Shown here piece after piece: positions 55,152 through 64,000 of a stretch of DNA of 64,000 bases; position 1 is the stretch's first letter, and each line of letters begins with the position of its first letter. Both the position numbers and the translations under genes were made by a program. Origin of the DNA: Camelus dromedarius (taxonomy: Eukaryota); contig NC_087458.1 of assembly GCF_036321535.1 (NCBI RefSeq), positions 3,472,001-3,536,000 on the forward strand. Direction: 5' to 3'. The notes below the pieces were generated by a model. It was not told the origin of the DNA, ran no database searches, and saw nothing but the letters and a program-made list of their open reading frames with translations.

Positions 55152-55717
55152 CTAGAGCCGGGGAAGGAGGAGGCAGCATGAGCCTGGCCACGGGGGAAAC
55201 CATCCGCAGCCCACCCTGCCCTGTCAGCCAGCGTTGAGATGAGACTCTCCTCTTGCCAAGGTACCCCAGCCTCCCTCATAATTGTCCTTTTGTTAATAAT
55301 ACCCGTGCCAGCCATTTCTTCAGTGCCAGTTATGGGCCAAGCAACTCGATGCTTTACGTGCACTGATCTAATATGTAGCTTCATGAGGCAGGTACTGTCA
55401 TCACCCCCATGCTGCAGGTGAGACAGCTGGGCTCATAGAGGGAAAGTAACTTGCCCAAGGTAGGCGATGGAGCTGAGATTCAAAATCCATCACCTCAAAG
55501 CCTGTGCCCTGCACTTGCTATTCCGCATACCTCCTACCCCCAGGGGAGCTTCCCTGCCAGACCCCTCGCCATCCTGCAGCCACCCCCAAGCAGAAGAGAT
55601 AGAACCTTCTCTGGCTAAGCTCTTCCACAGACTAAGGTGAGAAGCCCATTGACAGCCTTCCCCTTCGCCAAACCCCTCATCAGTCCTGACGTACCACCAC
55701 CCAGCCTGTCCCCTCAC

Positions 55718-55924
55718 CGAGCATTCGGAGCCTGCCGATCTTGTCCATGAGCAGAGCAGACACAATGTTCCCAGGAAGCACAGCCAGCGTCCCCAGGAAG
55801 CTGACGAAATACACCATGTAGGCGCCTTCGCCCGTCCCTGTCACGTCTAGGGGGCAGCCCTCCTTGTTGTGCAGGAATGTGCTGTTCACCAGACGGCTGT
55901 TCACGAACTTGTACTCAAACAGGT
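55718..55924 (-). CDS. SV2A: SV2A coding exon 10 (207 nt)
   Basis: LFEYKFVNSRLVNSTFLHNKEGC...DKIGRLRML; N573 sequon. Confidence 0.96.
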
Positions 55925-56788
55925 CTGGGGGCGAGGGCCGAGACAGGCAGACAGTCATGGCCGATGTGAGAGGGAGGAGCTGCAGCCTGTGCTCAGGGCT
56001 CTGCCTTTGTGGGGTTTGGCAGGGAGGGCACTCAGGATCATTCAGGGCGCTCACTGCCAAGCATCCGACACATGACTATGGGAACTGGACTCTATGGCAC
56101 AAAGTGACCGTAATCTACGGAATGAAACGGTGACTGGCTGTTTCCAAGTTTTCTCATTAGTAGTGCCTGCTTCTTTCCCATTCATACTTTTTGCCTGCTC
56201 GAGCTGACTGTAAGCAGTAGCGGTGCCATAAGTTTAGGAAAAAATACTGAGCAAAATATTAAAAATCATTAAAAGCCCCATCATTATTTTTTCCTGCAAG
56301 ATGGGAAAGCTCACCCAGTCCTCCACTTAGAGGTGGGAAACCTCAGTCTGGTTTCCAAAACCAGCATTTCATGCATATGCAGTTTGAGAATCACTCTTAA
56401 AGAAATGGATTAAGGCCATGGCCCCCAACCTTTCCTCTACCAAGTGACCTTTTTATTGTTTTTCTTTCTCCCAAGGACCCTGTTTTGAATGGTTTTTGCC
56501 CTCTTCAAAGGTGCATTAACATCACCACACTGAGTTGTTTCAATTCTAACCAAAGGCAAAGAAACTTGATGTTTTTGTCAGATATTTTAACTATTACAGA
56601 AAAGTTTTCAATTTCCATTAGATTTTTCGAATTATTGGCAGTAGCTCACAGGCCCCTGTACCAGCCTTCAAGGCTCCGGAGAGCTCAGCTTGCAGACCCT
56701 GAGCTAGGGAATGAGGAAGGTGCCCTCCCCGCCTCTTCAGGGTCCACCCAGCCCTTCAGTCAGACAGCCACTGGCCGCCCCACCTTAC

Positions 56789-56922
56789 CAGTGTTATAGA
56801 ACACGGTGTTGATGAATGTGCAGTTGCGGAAAAAAGTGTTGCTGGACGTGACATCCTCAAAATAACACTCCTCAAATAGGGAATCCTCAAAGGACACTGA
56901 CTTCAGACGCAGCCCAATGAAC
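56789..56922 (-). CDS. SV2A: SV2A coding exon 9 (134 nt)
   Basis: FIGLRLKSVSFEDSLFEECYFEDVTSSNTFFRNCTFINTVFYNT; luminal pentapeptide repeats. Confidence 0.96.
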
Positions 56923-57225
56923 CTGTAAGGCCAAGATGATGAGAGATCCCCATTGTCTCCGCCAGGACCCACTCCTTCAGTGTGGTTACAGAAAGCGGCA
57001 GCACCAAGGAGAACCACAGGTCTTTGGCTCACACAGGCACCTCTCGTTTGTGTGGCCCTCTGTTGTCTATGGCAGTGTACCTTGATAAACTCTTTTTCTA
57101 GTCTACAAACAAACAAACCCACAGGTCTTTGCCCCCCAAATACCTTGTCTCCGAACTCCTAGACTCACAAAAGAGACAAGGGGTAGAAGGGACAGGAGGA
57201 GTGAAGTGTAAAGGTCCCCACATAC

Positions 57226-57390
57226 TTGTCATTGAAGTACTGTCCCCCTCGGTGGATCTGATTCTCCAGGGTGAAGTTAAAAGTCACATGCTCTACACGC
57301 TCCCCTGGGAACACTTTGGTGCGGGCTGCATAGTCCACTGCTTGGAGATGGCGGATCATGTCAGGAAACCAGACAGTCAGGCCATAGTAG
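57226..57390 (-). CDS. SV2A: SV2A coding exon 8 (165 nt)
   Basis: YYGLTVWFPDMIRHLQAVDY...TFNFTLENQIHRGGQYFND. Confidence 0.96.
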
Positions 57391-58067
57391 CTGAAGAGTG
57401 AAGGGCAGTGGAGTCAGACAGGGCTCAAGGATTAGAACCACATAGTCCAGGAGGGGGAATAGAGGAGTCAGTCCATGCCAGGACCTTGCCTACCTCCCAG
57501 CCTCATCTCTCACCTCACCTCATCTTTCACCAGTTGCTTGGTTCTAGGGGAACTTCAGGCTCTTCTGACCTTCCCACCATACTCTTTCTTACCTTCCAGG
57601 CATTTGCTCTTCCCTAGTCCACCCTTTAAAAGTCTCCCTAGCCCACCCTTAGCCTGTCTAACTCCTGTTCATCCTTCAGGACTTAGATCCCCTCTCCTGC
57701 CCACCCCAGACCTGGGCTGGGAAGCCCGCTCGATCATGTGCTCCCAGAGCACCTCCCCTGCTGTGACACTCATCACACTACCTTGTAGCTAGTTTTGTCT
57801 AGCTCTCTAAACAAAATTTAAACCCCATGAGGACTGGGACCACATCTGTTCCAGCCCAGCAGAGTACCTGGCACAGAATAGAAACAGTACTGTTCAGCCT
57901 GTAACGTAAGTTTGTTGGATTAATGAATGAAGTAGAGGAGCTGGTGGAGGATCAGAGGGGATCTGAACAGCACCTTCCCTCATTTTCATCCCTTTCATTT
58001 CCATTTCTTCCATCTCTCTCCCAACCCACAAACCACCACATAACACCTGCCCCACCCACCTCCTCAC

Positions 58068-58156
58068 CTGAACGACATGGTGAACCACACGCCCATCATC
58101 ATCAGAGTGATGCGTCGATATTCTGGACCGAAACAGGAGAGGAAGTTCCCCCAAAC
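58068..58156 (-). CDS. SV2A: SV2A coding exon 7 (89 nt)
   Basis: VWGNFLSCFGPEYRRITLMMMGVWFTMSF. Confidence 0.95.
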
Positions 58157-58344
58157 CTGGGCATAATAGAACAAAGTCAGGCAGTGGCTGACAGACAGTA
58201 GTTCTAGCACCTGCAGGTCCCAGTTCTTCAGCCCAGCCACCTCCCTTCAGTTCATGCATCACCCCCACACCCAGGCTGGAGCCCTGCCTTCCTCTCCACC
58301 TCCCCCGCTCCCTTCTCTCTTTCCACCATCCCATCCCCCATTAC

Positions 58345-58455
58345 CTGCCCTCCTAGGCTCAAGGCTCGGACCCCCCAGCGCTGGTACCAGGTCCCTGTGT
58401 CTGACTGGATTTCAATCAACTCATCCTCCTGGTGAATTGTCTTAATGTGGGTGAC
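58345..58455 (-). CDS. SV2A: SV2A coding exon 6 (111 nt)
   Basis: VTHIKTIHQEDELIEIQSDTGTWYQRWGVRALSLGGQ. Confidence 0.95.
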
Positions 58456-58703
58456 CTGGGGTCAAGAGAAGGAGTGAGCGAGCAGTCACATAGTCTGTAT
58501 TTTCCACCCCTTCCAAGTACCTCAGTTTCTCTTGCAGCAGCAAAATGGGAGGTTGGTGGACATGAAACCCCAAGAGATTTCATTGAGGGAGTGTGGCTGG
58601 AGTGGCCTAGGAAGTGGTGGGGATAAGGAAGGTGGGTGACTAGAGAGGGGCCAGGGTGGGGCTGGGGCTGCAGGGGCTTGGAGGACTGAGGGGGAGGACT
58701 TAC

Positions 58704-58793
58704 TGAGAAGACTCGCTCAGGATGCCCCTTGGCTCGCATGTTGGTGTCATGAACCTGCTTCAGCACCATCCAGGCCTCATCATGCTTCCCATT
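58704..58793 (-). CDS. SV2A: SV2A coding exon 5 (90 nt)
   Basis: NGKHDEAWMVLKQVHDTNMRAKGHPERVFS. Confidence 0.96.
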
Positions 58794-59438
58794 CTAGAGC
58801 CACAGACACAATCCCCACATCTAGGTTAGCCCCTTCCTGACCCAGGGTTGGGGACCCCCTCCCTCCAAACTGGCTTCTGGAGTCACAGGACCCAAAAAGG
58901 CTCCTCCCCCAACCCCTGACGTATGGACACATCCATCATCCACTCTGAAAGAGCCCCAGTGGGAGTACAGCAAGATATCATCAGACTTGGGGGAGTCCAG
59001 GGTCCTAACCCAGGTCCTAGGCATCCCCTGTTACAACGGAAAGAGAAAACAGAAAACAGGAAATGACGATGGTGGGCAAGTATGTAGTCGGGGAAGGGGC
59101 AGCATCCTAACCCTGCTGGACCAAGATAAAGTTGGAGGGGGAAAGAGTACGCAGCAGGATCTTCTCTTGAACTGTAAAGTCAGGGCGAGGGCCAGGGCCA
59201 GGACCCCTGCCCGCAAATCCCTAAGCCACCCATGGCTGAGCAGATACCCTGGTTTCTCCAGCCATGGAACTCCTCTGGAGGTACATTCCAAAACAAAGGA
59301 AGCAAGATAAAGTCCCCCAGAGCATGGACCCTGTGAGGAAGGAAGGCAGCCACAAAGGACCAAACCAGACCCACAGTGGGTGTTTGAACACAGGAGCCTC
59401 TGCTGCCCTACCCGCAGCCCAGCCCCATCCCCATTCAC

Positions 59439-59572
59439 CTCCAGGAAGAAACGGGGGCTCTCAGGCTGTGTGGTCAGAGCCCCAATGGCAAACACAGAAG
59501 GAAAGGCGCAGACGAGGACAAAGACCCTCCAGCTGTGGAACTGGTAAGCGGACCCCATCTGAAAGCTCCACC
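59439..59572 (-). CDS. SV2A: SV2A coding exon 4 (134 nt)
   Basis: WSFQMGSAYQFHSWRVFVLVCAFPSVFAIGALTTQPESPRFFLE. Confidence 0.96.
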
Positions 59573-59688
59573 CTGGCAGGGACAGAGGCACAGAATCAGC
59601 AGAGAGGCCAGAGGATGGAAGGTCCTACCACCGGCAGCACAGGAGAGGAGGGAGAGAGTCTGGGGTGCGCTCCCAGGGGGCTGCTCAC

Positions 59689-59840
59689 CGTAGTGCGGGA
59701 TGATGGCCCAGGCCATAGCAGCTGCGTACACTCCACCGATCATCCAAAACATGCAGAGCCAGCTCAAGTGCTCCCCGCGTTTCTCCTGGGCCAGGAACTC
59801 CGAGAAATAGGAGAAGACAATGGGGATGGACCCTCCAATC
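59689..59840 (-). CDS. SV2A: SV2A coding exon 3 (152 nt)
   Basis: IGGSIPIVFSYFSEFLAQEKRGEHLSWLCMFWMIGG...IIPHY; F277, C297 and W300 present. Confidence 0.96.
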
Positions 59841-60646
59841 CTGGAGGGCATTGGAAGAAGTCCGTGTTGGAAACTGGCCGTATTCCTGGCCCCCTGCCCC
59901 AGTGCTCTGAATCCCCAAGTCCCTCCCATCTTACAAACCTTTTAAAGAGACTCCTCACACATACCCTGTGGGCTCCCTCATCACAGCCATAAGCACCCAT
60001 CCTTGGGACTCTGGGAAACAAGCAGGCAGGTCTCGGGGAAAGGGAAGAAATGAACATGAATCTTGAAGATGACTGCAGAGCAGAAAGGGAGGGGCGATAA
60101 TTCTAGAAAAGAGGGGAAATCCCCAAAGGAAAAAGAACCGAGGAGTCTAAGGGCATGTGTGTGGGAGCAGGCCAGAAAAGAGCTTGGGGACAATGCAGAG
60201 AATGCACCCAGGTGGCTGAGTAAGTGTAGGAGTTGCGCAGGCCGAGGCTTCAAAGTTCCGGCAGATGTGGGTACCAGCAAGGTCTGTTACTGAATGCAGG
60301 AGATGTGTCGACTCTGGGAAGGGGATAACTCAAGGCTCCACAGGTGCCCAGGGGTGAGTCTGAGACCCACTAGGCCTCTTCATGGAGTCAGGTTCAGAAT
60401 GGAACTAGTGGATGGGGTGGAGGACTCTGCAGTGAACCAGACATGGAATAGCATTCTGCACAGGCAGCAGACAGGTCCTGGACAGGGAGAAGCTGGCCTG
60501 AAGACAGTGGGAGAAAGGAATTCATTCATTCAGCTCATACATACTTCAGGTCCATCTGGTGTGCCTGGCACTGTGCTGGACCCTAGAGACACAACAGTGA
60601 CAAGACACAGTCCTGCCCTCCAGGGGCTTGGGAGGTGGACACTCAC

Positions 60647-60827
60647 CCAACTCCAGAAAGGAGGCGGCAGAAGAGGAAAGTGCCATAACCCTGGACAAAG
60701 GATGAGAAGAAGGCGAAGACGCTGTTGACTGAGAGTGAGATGAGCAGACACTGTCTTCGACCCAGCCGATCAGCCAGACCTCCCCAGAGGAAGGCTCCCA
60801 CCATCATGCCCAGGTAGACAATGAGGC
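60647..60827 (-). CDS. SV2A: SV2A coding exon 2 (181 nt)
   Basis: LIVYLGMMVGAFLWGGLADRLGRRQCLL...CRLLSGVG; MFS motif A (DRLGRR). Confidence 0.96.
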
Positions 60828-62114
60828 CTGGAATGAGGAAAGCAGAGGCAGAAGGGATATAAGCAGACACACTTCAATTCTCCCACCCCCTGAACAGTAA
60901 ATGAGCTGAAATTGCAGCAGAATGGATGGAGTTGCTGAAGGGCTTCCAGGAGCTAAGTCTACCCAGAGATGAGAGCAAGTGAGAGAACTGCGTGAGCAAA
61001 GATGTCTGTGCAGGCCGGGGGGTCAAGGCAGGGATGCAGATATTGGAGACCCCCAGAATTCTTTCTCTCCCTCTCATTCCCTCTTGCTCGCTCTCAGTTC
61101 TCACTCTTGCTGTCACACACACATGAACACATAAACACACACACATACAAGACACCCCCATATCTGGCTTACATGGAATGAGGAATGGATCTGCCTCGAT
61201 TCCCAGACCCTCCCAGGGTCCCCTCGACCCTCCCTGCCATGATGCCCTCAAAGCAGCAGGAGGTGTCTCTCATGTTCCCTGGGAAAGAGGCACCATTCCT
61301 TCAATCCTCCCAGGAAATCCCACACACAAAATCCATCCTTTACTCCTTTCAGGTCCAATACTTCTGGTCCTAAAACTCTCCTGTCTCTTACTTCCTTCGT
61401 AAAATCAGACGTGGAATTGATCTTAAAAGTCATCTACTACAAACTCCGCCCTTTACCCATGCCAAAGCCAAGCCCCAGGGAGAGGGCAACTGCCCGAGAT
61501 CTTACAGCAACTTGGTGGCAGGACAAGACCAGGTATCTTTCTGAGTGAATCTAGGGGCTTTCCTCCCTCCAGGTCCCCATCAGCAAGGGTCATGAGAGAC
61601 CACCTGCTGACCCCTGAGCACTCCCAAGGCTGACCAAGAGCAAGTGTGTCCAGTTTCTCTGGCTGAAGACCCAGGATCCTTCCCCTCCCACCCCCCACCA
61701 CCTCAAACTGACCCTTCTCATTTAAACCAGAGTTTGAATACTGACTTCTTGTTCCCCCCCAAAAAAGAAAGGAATCAGGATAACAGGAGGGAAGGCTCTG
61801 AAGAAACATTAAATGGGGGCCTGTCCCACCATGGCCACCTCCTGCAGAACTAAGCAGACCACCAGTCAACCACTGGCTCAAACCCCAGCTGCCCGCCCTC
61901 AGGCCCCTCTTGCACAAGCAGCCTCGCTATGACCCAACCACCAGAGGAGGCTGTGTTCTGGGGAGAGTATGCAGAGGAACCTTGAGCCCTCTAGGGACAT
62001 CCTGGAAGCAGGGTCCTTAGGAGCTCAGTAGTGAGGACAGGAGCAACTCTCTGGAACAGGAGTGTTTCCACAGTTTGGGGCGGGACAGGGCTGGAGTGCC
62101 CCCCAATGTCTTAC

Positions 62115-62736
62115 CCAGCATGCCTTTGTTGGAGTCAGACAGGCACATGTCCTTCTCAGCACTGGGCAGCACGAAGCCCACCACGAAGACCTCGACGCCA
62201 TCAGCCATCAGCGCCAGACCAAGCACGAAATAGAGTGTCCACTGGAAGCGGCCATGGCCACACTCCCGCAGGATGGCTTCGTACTGCTGGGCTAGTTCTT
62301 CCCGCTCTTTCCGCCGCTGTGCCTCTCCTCGCCCCCCAGGGGGGCCTTCCCCATCACCCAAGCCGCCCCTCCCTCCTGCCAGGGGTGCCCCGTCTGCCAT
62401 CCGCTCGCCTTTGCCCCCAGACTCTGCCCGAGGGATGCCCTGATATTCCCCTTCGTAGATCTCATCATCCTCATCATGGCCCTCGGTGGCATCACTAGAT
62501 GCGCCACCTTCCTCCTCATCCTGAGCCCCTTCCCCGCGGTAATAGCCGTCAGCAGGGGCGGGGAAGTCATCATCATCCTCCTCCTCCTCAAAGCGGGAGT
62601 AGGATCTCCGGGAATATTCGTCCTGGACTCTGTCCAGGCCCTTCACCACCTTCTTGGCTGCATGCTTTTTGACTTCCTTGGCAATGTCTTTGGCCCCACG
62701 GATGAAAGCCGCCCGGTCTCTGAAGCCCTCTTCCAT
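62115..62736 (-). CDS. SV2A: SV2A first coding exon (622 nt CDS; candidate acceptor puts the exon start at 63089). The twelve exons sum to 2229 nt = 742 aa + stop
   Basis: MEEGFRDRAAFIRGAKDIAKEVKK...DSNKGMLG; donor G|GTAAG; all exon phases join into one frame. Confidence 0.97.
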
Positions 62737-64000
62737 GATGGGGCTTTGGGAATGCTTCACAGGAGCTCCCCAACTCCTTATTCAGAGTTTGTGCAAGGAC
62801 TCGTGGAGTCAGAAAGACCTCTTCTCCCAGTTACTTAGATGAAATGTGTTCGAGTATCTCTGGGCACAGAATAGGAGGAAACAGGACCTGGCCTAATAGA
62901 CCAGTGTCTAGGGGAGGAAAGGCGGGAGAGGCGCTCTGGCCCACAGCCAGCTCAGTTGGGTGCATTGGGAAGGGAGAGGGGGAGCGGGGGAACAGGAAAG
63001 GGAGGGGAAGCCAGGTTGGGGAGGCTAAGCTGGGGAGCCAGGGTAACTCAGAAAAGGCTGCTACTTCTCTTCCAGGAGATTCTGGAGATCTAGAAAGAAA
63101 GAAAAATATAATAATAAGAGGGAGAAAAAGGAGGTTGTGAGGGCTAAGACACTGAAGAGGGCCAATATAGAGTTCCTGCCAACCCAGAGTCCCACCTGGC
63201 CACGTTGTATAGAGATGGTCTCTTTGCCTCAGGCCGGCACACAGTAAAAAGGGATGACTATCTGGGCCAACTGTGGGCCATTCAAGTGTACAAGCCCCCT
63301 TACTTTGACCTTGGAGACTAGACCCATGTGATTTGCTCCAGAGTCATGGTCACCTGCCCAGAGCCCTTTTCCTAACCTCTTGCCCCACATCAAGATCAGA
63401 CCCTTTGCTCTACCACCAATCTGCGAAGCACAGAAGAGGAAACAAACTAGGACTCCCTGCTCGTCTGGTCTGGGTTCCTTACTGTGGGTGGAGCTTGAGG
63501 AGAATGTACAGAAGGCACTGAGTCCTCCAACCTGTTGCCTTCAGTCCACTGATGGCTTTGAAGGTGGGGCTTCCACAGTCCTTCCCTCAGGTTCCATGTT
63601 TATAGGCCTCACAGACAGAGGTCTTCTCCTAACATAGCTCAGCAGGTGAAAACGCAGCTTCCAGAGTCAAACAGACTGGAGCCTGACTTCCTGCTTCAGC
63701 ACTTACCAGCTAAGTGACCATAGGCACCTCCAAGATTCAGTTTCCTCTTATCTAAGAAGAGGAAAGTAAGGATTAAATGACAAACTGCATATAAACTCCT
63801 TACCATAGTACCCGGCACATAAAAATTGATAAATATTGGTTATTACTCTTTGTGGTGGTAATAATGTAATGAGATGCCCAGTACTTCACAAGATCCCAGA
63901 ACAAAAGCCACCTGTGGATGCCCTTTAAGGTGAGCAGCAGAAAGGGACACTGGCAAGGAGAAAGCTGGGTCTGTGCAGAACACATGACAGTTATACAAGC

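Noticed and set aside
59264-62838. Plus-strand ORFs up to 242 aa within SV2A
   Set aside because: Antisense to SV2A exons and GC-rich introns, low complexity, no homology recognised.

Overview
Mammalian genomic DNA, probably camelid (a Vic-1-like SINE and camelid-type L1 3' ends), orthologous to the distal human 1q21 HIST2 cluster. It holds ten replication-dependent histone genes: H4(+); an inverted duplication H3(-)/H2A(-)/H2B(+) ... H2B(-)/H2A(+)/H3(+) with ~3.45-kb arms around an 8.24-kb spacer; then H2BC21(-), H2AC20(+) and H2AC21(-). BOLA1(+) and the complete 12-coding-exon, 742-aa SV2A(-) follow. Intergenic DNA is mostly LTR, L1, L2, MIR and MER5 debris. Five N-runs hide parts of the H3 and H2B CDSs, so those ORFs cannot be confirmed intact; a sixth N-run is unexplained. 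I found no rRNA, tRNA or CRISPR and cannot support a wholly new gene system. The most interesting signals are regulatory: a near-perfect histone palindrome whose inner edge stops at the H2B 3'-processing signal, arm H2B promoters with decayed octamer and TATA, and several orphan histone modules (a duplicated stem-loop/HDE, an H2B-type half-promoter with no gene, and a relic H2B promoter/5'UTR). Two candidate lineage substitutions sit at conserved sites (BOLA1 W109, SV2A S668). Repeat family names and human comparisons are from recall, not database searches.
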